A stretch of DNA of 12,782 bases, from IMG/VR virus record IMGVR_UViG_2713896781_000014. One strand, 5' to 3'. The notes under the pieces were generated by a model that saw only the letters and a list, made by a program, of their open reading frames with translations, was not told the DNA's origin and searched no databases. Both the position numbers and the translations under genes were made by a program. Position 1 is the first letter of the stretch, and every line of letters begins with the position of its first letter. Below are positions 6,686-12,765 of this stretch, piece after piece. Source of the stretch: a virus (Duplodnaviria; Heunggongvirae; Uroviricota; Caudoviricetes).

Positions 6686-7444
6686 ATGAGGAACATAATG
6701 GCAGGTTTTTTAATATTCCTGTCTTCTGCTGCTTATGCTGATATCAATCTGTATGGTCCTGGTGGCCCGCATACAGCCTTGCTTGATGCAGCCAAACTTT
6801 ATGCCGAAAAAACAGGTATTATAGTGAACGTTCATTACGGCCCACAGAACAAATGGAATGAAGATGCCAAAAAAAATGCAGATATCTTGTTTGGCGCATC
6901 AGAACAATCTGCTCTGGCTATCATTCGGGACCATAAAGACAGCTTCAGTGAAAAAGATATTCAGCCTCTTTATCTGCGAAAAAGTATTTTACTGGTAAAG
7001 AAAGGTAATCCTAAAAATATCCGGAGTATTGACGACCTGACCAGACCTGGGATTGGCGTAATTGTTAATGATGGTGGTGGTACCAGTAATACATCAGGCA
7101 CTGGCGTCTGGGAAGATATTGCCGGACGTAAAGGGAATATAGAAACTGTCGCCGCAATCCGAAAAAATATTATTTTATATGCGCCCAATAGCGGAACTGC
7201 ACGTAAGGCTCTTGAGAATCAGCCTGGAGCAGATGTCTGGATAACCTGGGCTGACTGGGCAGCCAGTAATCCAGAAATTGGTGATGTCGTGGAAATAGCG
7301 CCAGACTACGTGATATGGCGTGATATGAACATTACAGTACGTCAGGATGCAAATGATGAAACCCGTCGATTTGCAGAATGGCTACAAACCGATGAAGCGG
7401 CGCCTGCATTCAAAAAATATGGCTGGACCAGGAAAGGCACTTGA
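6686..7444 (+). CDS. Orphan periplasmic substrate-binding protein, ModA/TupA-like (PBP fold), 252 aa with signal peptide
   Basis: AAGGAG RBS 6 nt upstream. Signal peptide MRNIMAGFLIFLSSAAYA. Colinear resemblance to recalled ModA, including the C-terminal FKKYGWT (ModA: FKRYGFT). No permease or ATPase gene adjacent. Gene and flanks are AT-rich compared with the neighbouring phage genes. Confidence 0.7.
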   Translation: MRNIMAGFLIFLSSAAYADINLYGPGGPHTALLDAAKLYAEKTGIIVNVHYGPQNKWNEDAKKNADILFGASEQSALAIIRDHKDSFSEKDIQPLYLRKSILLVKKGNPKNIRSIDDLTRPGIGVIVNDGGGTSNTSGTGVWEDIAGRKGNIETVAAIRKNIILYAPNSGTARKALENQPGADVWITWADWAASNPEIGDVVEIAPDYVIWRDMNITVRQDANDETRRFAEWLQTDEAAPAFKKYGWTRKGT

Positions 7445-7445
7445 C

Positions 7446-7476
7446 ATCCTCGTCCTTCAGGACGTGGATTCTTTTT
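7446..7476 (+). terminator. Rho-independent terminator after the binding-protein gene
   Basis: Hairpin ATCC-T-CGTCC-TTCA-GGACG-T-GGAT (7446-7469) followed by TCTTTTT. A second GC hairpin ATGCCGC-GCCA-GCGGCAT follows at 7481-7498. Confidence 0.5.
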
Positions 7477-7779
7477 CCGGATGCCGCGCCAGCGGCATGT
7501 AGGGGCAGCTCACAAAACGGAAAAAATTGTACGCTAAGCCTCGCCAGGTGAACTGAATTCATTCCGATATGGGAATTCCCATATCGGGCGAAAACGGTTT
7601 GCTGTAACGGCAGAGTTAAGTAGGATTGCTGCGGGTGCTTGAGGCTATCTGCCTCGGGCATGAACACCAACGGCAGATAGATAAAAGCCCCACCCGACTA
7701 TAAATCGAAGTGAGGCCCCTATATGCTCGTCACATATAGATTGCCTCTTACGGACCGAAAGGTCAAGGAGAAGCAGGCT

Positions 7780-7826
7780 ATGAAGCAGCAAAAGGCGATG
7801 TTAATCGCCCTGATCGTCATCTGTTT
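7780..7826 (+). CDS. hok: Hok-family type I toxin (HokD/RelF-like), 5' portion only; remainder lies in the N run
   Basis: ATG at 7780 translates MKQQKAMLIALIVIC, the recalled N-terminus of E. coli HokD/RelF. AAGGAG RBS upstream. The post-gap sequence does not continue the reading frame, so the masked length is uninformative. Confidence 0.8.
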
Positions 7827-7893
7827 NNNNNNNNNNNNNNNNNNNNNNNNNNNNNNNNNNNNNNNNNNNNNNNNNNNNNNNNNNNNNNNNNNN
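7827..7893. other. Run of N (unresolved or masked sequence) inside the hok gene
   Basis: 67 consecutive n characters. Track ORFs spanning it are artefacts. Confidence 1.
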
Positions 7894-7950
7894 GGGGAGA
7901 AATCCCTCGCCACCTCTGATGTGTCAGGCATCCTCAACGCACCCGCACTT

Positions 7951-7978
7951 AACCCGCTTCGGCGGGTTTTTGTTTTTA
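7951..7978 (+). terminator. Rho-independent terminator at the 3' end of the hok mRNA
   Basis: CCCGC-TTCG-GCGGG hairpin (7953-7966) followed by TTTTTGTTTTT. Matches the characteristic 3' end of hok-family mRNAs. Confidence 0.6.
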
Positions 7979-8102
7979 TTTTCAACGCGTTTGAAGTTCC
8001 GGACGGCGCCGGAATAGAATCAAAAATACTTAAGTAGCGCGCAGGGAGAAGAGGGATGGACCCCGAACAGGGGAGTGCTATTTATCTGGAAGGATTCTGT
8101 TG

Positions 8103-8360
8103 ATGAGAATCGAAGAATTACGTGAAATTTTTAGTGAAGATGGCCTCTATACTGTGCGCGTTGAGAAGGGCGCTATTGTCAGCCACTGCCGTATTAAATG
8201 TTTACAGTCTCAACAAAGGAAGAGTGGAGCTGCGTTAATTCATTTTGTGGATGGGCTTGTGACGGATGGTTTTATTTTGCGTGCAAATGAATTTGTCACA
8301 TCGTTGCCGTCTCTGAAAGAAGCTGGGATTAAGGCTGGTTTTTCTGCTTTTGAAGATTAG
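8103..8360 (+). CDS. Hypothetical 85-aa prophage protein (Rem-like by size and position next to hok)
   Basis: ATG at 8103 (the track's 8100 start is a TTG). Preceded by a 15-codon upstream ORF (8056..8103) whose TGA overlaps the ATG (TGATG). In Qin the 83-aa rem gene lies beside hokD. Confidence 0.4.
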   Translation: MRIEELREIFSEDGLYTVRVEKGAIVSHCRIKCLQSQQRKSGAALIHFVDGLVTDGFILRANEFVTSLPSLKEAGIKAGFSAFED

Positions 8361-8429
8361 TGAATTCATCTACAATTCAGCGCAGGGCTGAACCCCTGTT
8401 GAGTAACACTGTGCCACCGGAGAAAGCCG

Positions 8430-8708
8430 ATGGCGCAAAATTCCAGACTACACAATTCTGATAATTCAGCCGTCTTTGCCAGCAGGCACGGGCGGCGTTC
8501 TCATGCATTCAAATCTGACTGGTTCCGGCACGCCCCATGCACTGAAGAACAGGCCGAATGGCTGATTCAGAACTACCGCAGACGTGGGTATGAGTTTAGG
8601 AAAGCCCTCAGCCTCGATTATCGTCACTGGATAATCTACGTCAGGCTGCCGTACTCCGAGCGCCCACCGCGTCCGTCCCGCACATTCCAGCAACGCATCT
8701 GGAGGTAA
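8430..8708 (+). CDS. Hypothetical 92-aa basic protein
   Basis: ORF track 8430..8708. GGAG 8 nt upstream of the ATG. Stop lies 1 nt before the GTG start of the DUF968 gene. No family recognised. Confidence 0.35.
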   Translation: MAQNSRLHNSDNSAVFASRHGRRSHAFKSDWFRHAPCTEEQAEWLIQNYRRRGYEFRKALSLDYRHWIIYVRLPYSERPPRPSRTFQQRIWR

Positions 8709-8709
8709 C

Positions 8710-9765
8710 GTGCGGGTATTACTTCGACCTGTTCCGGTACCGGAACTTGGGTTGGTGGTCCTTAAACCAGGCCGTGAATCCATGCAGGTATTCCATAACC
8801 CTCGAGTGCTTGTGGAGCCGGAACCGAAAAGCATGCGCGGTCTGCCGTCCGGCATCGTCCCTGCCGTTCGCCAGCCGCTGGCGGAGGATAAATCATTACT
8901 GCCGTTTTTCAGCAATGAGCGTGTGATTCGTGCTGTTGGTGGCGCTGGTGCACTGTCTGACTGGCTGTTGCGTCATGTCAAATCCTGCCAGTGGCCTCAT
9001 GGTGACTATCATCACAGTGAAACCGTTATTCACCGTTATGGTACCGGCGCAATGGTGTTGTGCTGGCACTGCGACAACCAGCTGCGTGACCAGACATCCG
9101 AATCACTCGAGCAACTTGCTCATCAAAACCTGTCAGCATGGATGATTGACGTCATCGGTCACGCAATAAGCGGTACGCAGGAGCGTGAATTATCTCTGGC
9201 TGAATTATCCTGGTGGGCGGTCCGCAATCAGGTGGCGGACGCGCTACCGGAAGCGGTATTACGTCGTTCGCTGGGGTTGCGTGCGGAAAAAATCCGCTCA
9301 ATGTACCGTGAAAGCGACATCGTACCGGGAGAGCAGACCGCCACCATCATACTGAAGCAGCGCACAAAAAATCTTGCGCCGCTGCCTCACGCCCACCAGC
9401 AAAACCCGCCACAGGAAAAGACGGTGGTCAGCATTGCCGTTGATCCGGAGTCACCGGCTCAGTATCTCCAGCGCCAGAAACCACAACGGGAAGAGATGCC
9501 TGTATACACGCGCTGGGTAAAAACGCAGAAATGCATGACGTGCGGTAATCAGGCAGATGATCCGCATCACATCATTGGTCATGGACTGGGAGGGATGGGA
9601 ACAAAGGCTGATGATTTGTTTGTTATTCCGCTGTGCCGTAAATGTCATAACGAACTGCACGCTGGGGTAAAAGATTTTGAAGAAAAACACGGCAGCCAGC
9701 TGTTGTTGCTGATTCGTTTTTTAATGCACGCGAGAAATTCGGGTGTCCTGAAGTGGAAAGCATGA
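8710..9765 (+). CDS. DUF968 family protein (YdfU-like), 351 aa, with C-terminal HNH-like Cys/His motif
   Basis: ORF track 8710..9765, GTG start with GGAGG upstream (alternative ATG at 8782). Position between the hok/rem-like genes and rusA/Q matches ydfU of Qin-type prophages. C-terminus carries CMTCGN...PHHIIGHGLGG...CRKCHNELH. Confidence 0.65.
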   Translation: MRVLLRPVPVPELGLVVLKPGRESMQVFHNPRVLVEPEPKSMRGLPSGIVPAVRQPLAEDKSLLPFFSNERVIRAVGGAGALSDWLLRHVKSCQWPHGDYHHSETVIHRYGTGAMVLCWHCDNQLRDQTSESLEQLAHQNLSAWMIDVIGHAISGTQERELSLAELSWWAVRNQVADALPEAVLRRSLGLRAEKIRSMYRESDIVPGEQTATIILKQRTKNLAPLPHAHQQNPPQEKTVVSIAVDPESPAQYLQRQKPQREEMPVYTRWVKTQKCMTCGNQADDPHHIIGHGLGGMGTKADDLFVIPLCRKCHNELHAGVKDFEEKHGSQLLLLIRFLMHARNSGVLKWKA

Positions 9766-10131
9766 ATGACTGAACGGATAGAATTTGTTTTGCCTTACCC
9801 GCCGACGGTGAATACCTACTGGCGACGTCATGGCAATACGTATTTCATCTCGGAAGCCGGAAAGCGTTATCGCCGTGATGTGGCGCTAATTGTTCGCCAG
9901 CAGCGGCTGAAATTAAACCTGTCCGGAAGGCTGGTGATAAAGATTATTGCAGAGCCACCGGATAAGCGCCGTCGTGACCTGGACAATATCCTGAAAGCAC
10001 CACTGGATGTGCTGACGCATGCCGGACTTCTCATAGACGACGAGCAGTTTGATGAAATCAATATTGTGCGCGGTCAGCTCGTTCCTGGTGGGCGGCTGGG
10101 GATAAAAATCACAGAACTGGAGTGCGCATGA
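9766..10131 (+). CDS. rusA: RusA Holliday-junction resolvase, 121 aa
   Basis: Translation contains PYPPTVNTYWR...PDKRRRDLDNILKAPLDVLTHAGLLIDDEQ...GGRLGIKITELE, matching recalled RusA (PDRRRRDLDNL...DD.Q...GGRL..TITE). ATG at 9766 abuts the upstream stop. Confidence 0.85.
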   Translation: MTERIEFVLPYPPTVNTYWRRHGNTYFISEAGKRYRRDVALIVRQQRLKLNLSGRLVIKIIAEPPDKRRRDLDNILKAPLDVLTHAGLLIDDEQFDEINIVRGQLVPGGRLGIKITELECA

Positions 10132-10817
10132 ATAACCACTATTTACAGTTTGTGCGTGAGCAGCTCATTATCGCCACCGCTGATTTGAGTGGGGCAACAA
10201 AAGGTCAGCTTGAAGCCTGGCAGGAGAATGCCATGTTCGATACAGGGCGTTACAGGCGAAAAAAAATCCGGTACCGCGATGAAGTGACTGGAAAAATGAT
10301 AACGCGGGATAATCCACCAATCCCGGGAAAGCAATCGCTGGCGAAGGTGACGTCAATTCCTCTGGTCAGTCCGGTTGAGTTTTCGACATCATCGTGGCGG
10401 CGGGCTGTTCTGTCTCTTGAAGAACATCATAAAGCCTGGTTGTTGTGGTGTTACAGCGGGAGTATTTGTTGGGAATATCAGATCGCGATAACACAGTGGG
10501 CGTGGAATGAATTTAATACTCAATCCGGTACCAGAAAAATTGCTGGGAAAACGCAGGAACGCCTGAAAAAATTAATCTGGCTGGCGGCGCAGGCAGTAAA
10601 AGCAGAACTTTTTGGTGGGGAAGGTTATGAATATCAGGAGCTGGCATTACTGGCGGGAGTGACAACTAAAAACTGGTCCAAAACATTTACTCGTCACTGG
10701 GTTGCAATGAAACACATTTTTCACCGACTGGATAGTGAGGCTTTATTATTTGTAATGAGAACACGTTCAAAACAAAAGGCGGCATTTTCAAAGCAAAGTG
10801 TTGCAAAAGTAGATTGA
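10128..10817 (+). CDS. Putative late-gene antiterminator (Q-position, QuuQ-like), 229 aa
   Basis: ATG at 10128 overlaps the rusA TGA (ATGA). Gene order rusA-then-Q, followed by a promoter, tRNA genes and a terminator, is the lambdoid late-control arrangement. The sequence lacks the four-Cys zinc finger of lambda Q, so the call rests mainly on position and size. Confidence 0.45.
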   Translation: MNNHYLQFVREQLIIATADLSGATKGQLEAWQENAMFDTGRYRRKKIRYRDEVTGKMITRDNPPIPGKQSLAKVTSIPLVSPVEFSTSSWRRAVLSLEEHHKAWLLWCYSGSICWEYQIAITQWAWNEFNTQSGTRKIAGKTQERLKKLIWLAAQAVKAELFGGEGYEYQELALLAGVTTKNWSKTFTRHWVAMKHIFHRLDSEALLFVMRTRSKQKAAFSKQSVAKVD

Positions 10818-10880
10818 AAGGCATATATTTCATGCAAATCTGATATTTTGCCGATTTTGTACGTGATGGCAAAAGCAAAC

Positions 10881-10909
10881 AAAACCCGCCCACAAGCGGG
10901 TTTTGTTGT
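10881..10909. terminator. Bidirectional-type rho-independent terminator downstream of the Q-position gene
   Basis: AAAACCCGC-CCACAA-GCGGGTTTT: GC stem flanked by an A-run upstream and a T-run downstream. Confidence 0.55.
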
Positions 10910-10974
10910 GCCACTTATCTCGGATAGACATGGTGAATGCGCTGGTGGAGGAGATAAGGGTGATTTTTGTATGC

Positions 10975-11003
10975 TTGCAACATTGATTTCGTAACGTTAT
11001 TAT
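10975..11003 (+). promoter_or_regulatory. Sigma70-type promoter driving the tRNA array (candidate late promoter PR'-equivalent)
   Basis: -35 TTGCAA (10975-10980), 17-bp spacer, -10 TATTAT (10998-11003). Predicted start about 11010, 2-3 nt before the first tRNA. Confidence 0.45.
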
Positions 11004-11012
11004 CCTGCGCCC

Positions 11013-11088
11013 GGCCCTTTAGCTCAGTGGTGAGAGCGAGCGACTCATAATCGCCAGGTCGCTGGTTCAAATCCAGCAAGGGCCACCA
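11013..11088 (+). tRNA. tRNA with CAU anticodon, Ile2 (lysidine)-type by resemblance to ileX/ileZ; encoded CCA
   Basis: Manual cloverleaf: acceptor GGCCCTT/AAGGGCC, D-stem GCTC/GAGC, anticodon stem AGCGA/TCGCC with loop CTCATAA, T-arm GCTGG-TTCAAAT-CCAGC, discriminator A, CCA. Resembles recalled E. coli ileX. Confidence 0.85.
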
Positions 11089-11089
11089 A

Positions 11090-11165
11090 CCGCCACTAGC
11101 CATCAGGAAAGAGCGTCAACCCTTTAAGTTGAGTGTGCGAGGTTCGAGTCCCCGGTGGTGGTCCA
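11090..11165 (+). tRNA. Atypical tRNA-like gene; best fold gives anticodon UUU with C33, weak D-stem; identity uncertain, possibly degenerate
   Basis: Acceptor CCGCCAC/GTGGTGG (one G-U), anticodon stem TCAAC/GTTGA with loop CCTTTAA, T-arm CGAGG-TTCGAGT-CCCCG (one A-C mismatch), discriminator T, CCA. D-arm GCCA...GAGC pairs at only 2 of 4 positions. Starts 2 nt after the previous tRNA. Confidence 0.45.
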
Positions 11166-11178
11166 TTATCGGTATTCT

Positions 11179-11252
11179 GCGTTGTTAGCTCAGCAGGACA
11201 GAGCAATTGCCTTCTAAGCAATCGGTCACTGGTTCGACTCCAGTACAACGCG
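11179..11252 (+). tRNA. tRNA-Arg (anticodon UCU, reads AGA); no encoded CCA
   Basis: Acceptor GCGTTGT/ACAACGC, D-stem GCTC/GAGC, anticodon stem ATTGC/GCAAT with loop CTTCTAA (U33, A37), T-arm ACTGG-TTCGACT-CCAGT, discriminator G. Confidence 0.8.
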
Positions 11253-11268
11253 CTACACTTATTTTCCC

Positions 11269-11292
11269 GGCTCGCTTTTGCGGGCCTTTTTT
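11269..11292 (+). terminator. Rho-independent terminator closing the tRNA array
   Basis: GGCTCGC-TTTT-GCGGGCC hairpin (one G-U pair) followed by TTTTTT. Confidence 0.6.
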
Positions 11293-11367
11293 GTATCTGC
11301 GCCACGCCCGGCGCATACCAACCACAGAGCCTTTCGGGGGGGGGCCCCTATTAAGTTGTCAAGCATG

Positions 11368-12564
11368 TTATGACGCCTGCGGGGTATAAAAAGTCCCGTC
11401 GCGCATCATGGCGAACAGAACGTCGCAGCGTCGTCTCGCCAGGGCGATAAGCGCCTGATTGTGTCGTTTTCCCTGACTCATTTTGCGGGTGTAGTAAGCC
11501 CTGGAGAGCGGATCCCTGAGCGCGGCGAAGGCCGACAGGAACAACGCCCGTTTGAGAGCTTTATTACCCCGTCGCGAGGGATGCTCACCGCGTATTGACG
11601 AGCCGGATCGCCGAGTTACCGGCGCAAGGCCAGCATAAGCAGCGAGATGTGCGGCAGAGGCGAAGGCGCGGCAGGCGACCTCGGTGAGGAGTCTGGCTGC
11701 GGTCCTGACACCGACTCCGGGCATACTGGTCAGGACCGGGTAAAGAGGGTGAGCAAGAACTCGCTGTTCTACCTCAAGCGCCACCTCGTCTCTTTGCTTA
11801 CGCAGCGTGATGAGCTGGAGTGCCAGACGTGGCAGTACTACGGCAGCGGCATTCGTGCCGGGAACGACGACGGTTTGTTCGGCCAGTGCCTGAGCTATGT
11901 CTGCTGCAAGGCGTTTACCCAGACGAGGCGCAAGTTTGCAGAGCTGGGCTGCCAGCTTCTTCTCACCCAGCGAAGCGAGTTTTTCTGGTGAGGGATATCG
12001 CTGGAGAAGATCGAGTACCGCCGGGTGATCAAGTCTCGGACCGAGAACGCGCTCCAGTGCCGGATGTATCTGGGTCAGAAGGCCGCGGATACGGTTGCTG
12101 GCCTGCGTTGTCTGTGCGGCAAGATCATCATCGAAGCCGCAGAGCATGGAGAGTTCGGCGATTTGCTCGTCAGCCAGTTTCAGCGTGCGTAGCGCGTGAG
12201 GCAGGGTACGGGCAGCTTCGGCAATGATGGCAGCGTCACGAGCATCAGTTTTAGCTTCACCGGCGTGTAAGTCGGCTATGCGGCGCATGGCCAGTCCAGG
12301 GAGGTATCCGACAAGGACTCCTTCTGAGCGGGCAACGGCGACAGGTAACGCACCGATGGTAGCTGGCTGATCAACAACCAGCAGTATCTGACCATGTTGT
12401 TTCAGGTCAGATATTAGCGACCTGAGTTTGTTTTCGTCGTTGGGTAATGCTTTATCGAACAGGCGTTTACCTGAACGATTAATGGCTACAGCGTGATGCG
12501 TATCTTTACCGACATCAACGCCGATAAAGACCTGGACGGATTCGTAATCGCTGGATTCGGTCAT
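11368..12564 (-). CDS. IS110-family (DEDD-type) transposase/recombinase, 398 aa
   Basis: N-terminal RuvC-like segment VFIGVDVGKDTHHAVAI with downstream acidic residues (LLVVDQPATIG, AKTDARDAAI). C-terminal MPGVGVRTAARLLTEV...YAGLAPVTRRSGSS segment typical of the IS110 transposase C-terminal domain. AGGGAGA Shine-Dalgarno upstream of the ATG at 12564-12562. High GC coding sequence. Confidence 0.85.
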   Translation of the reverse strand: MTESSDYESVQVFIGVDVGKDTHHAVAINRSGKRLFDKALPNDENKLRSLISDLKQHGQILLVVDQPATIGALPVAVARSEGVLVGYLPGLAMRRIADLHAGEAKTDARDAAIIAEAARTLPHALRTLKLADEQIAELSMLCGFDDDLAAQTTQASNRIRGLLTQIHPALERVLGPRLDHPAVLDLLQRYPSPEKLASLGEKKLAAQLCKLAPRLGKRLAADIAQALAEQTVVVPGTNAAAVVLPRLALQLITLRKQRDEVALEVEQRVLAHPLYPVLTSMPGVGVRTAARLLTEVACRAFASAAHLAAYAGLAPVTRRSGSSIRGEHPSRRGNKALKRALFLSAFAALRDPLSRAYYTRKMSQGKRHNQALIALARRRCDVLFAMMRDGTFYTPQAS

Positions 12565-12765
12565 TCTGTCTCCCTTGTATATGGGTTAACCAGATAACCA
12601 CGGGGAGCAGGTACCGGCATCCACGTTACAGACGGTCCCGGCAAAAGTGCCTGACCTGACCCCTATTAGCGGTTACCAGCGCCCCACCAGACCCGGTGAC
12701 ATCACCCCCCGGATCATGGACGACTGGGGGCAGTAATCATGCCGGGTCTGGCTGGCTAACACCCC
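12565..12765 (-). ncRNA. Candidate structured non-coding RNA in the IS110-family 5' leader (bridge-RNA-like); hypothetical
   Basis: About 200 nt between a minus-strand TATAAT (12771-12766) and the transposase RBS, with no ORF. On the minus strand it contains a 7-bp long-range stem GACCCGG...CCGGGTC enclosing about 45 nt, and a direct repeat GTCAGGTCAGG. IS110-group elements are known to encode their guide (bridge) RNA in this position. Confidence 0.3.

Noticed and set aside
7470..7500. REP-like element (CCGGATGCCGCGCCAGCGGCATG) after the binding-protein gene
   Set aside because: Resembles the GCCGGATGCGGCG core of E. coli REP sequences, but with mismatches and only one copy. More simply explained as the second hairpin of a tandem terminator.
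7719..8037. Long ORFs on both strands spanning the second N run (7723..8037 plus, 7719..7985 minus)
   Set aside because: Artefacts of reading through masked bases. The real gene here is the short hok toxin, and the post-gap sequence is the hok mRNA 3' UTR and terminator.
8466..8915. Minus-strand 149-aa ORF across the 92-aa gene and the start of the DUF968 gene
   Set aside because: Antisense to two co-directional genes with RBSs, with no RBS of its own and a Ser/Gly/Thr/Arg-rich product.
10915..11389. ORFs overlapping the tRNA array on both strands (10915..11103 minus, 11096..11305 minus, 11133..11354 plus, 11207..11389 plus)
   Set aside because: They overlap well-folding tRNA genes and a terminator; tRNA structure explains the sequence.
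11647..12227. Plus-strand ORFs inside the IS transposase gene (11647..11991, 11820..12227)
   Set aside because: Antisense to a 398-aa ORF with clear IS110-family motifs. Long antisense frames are expected in GC-rich DNA.
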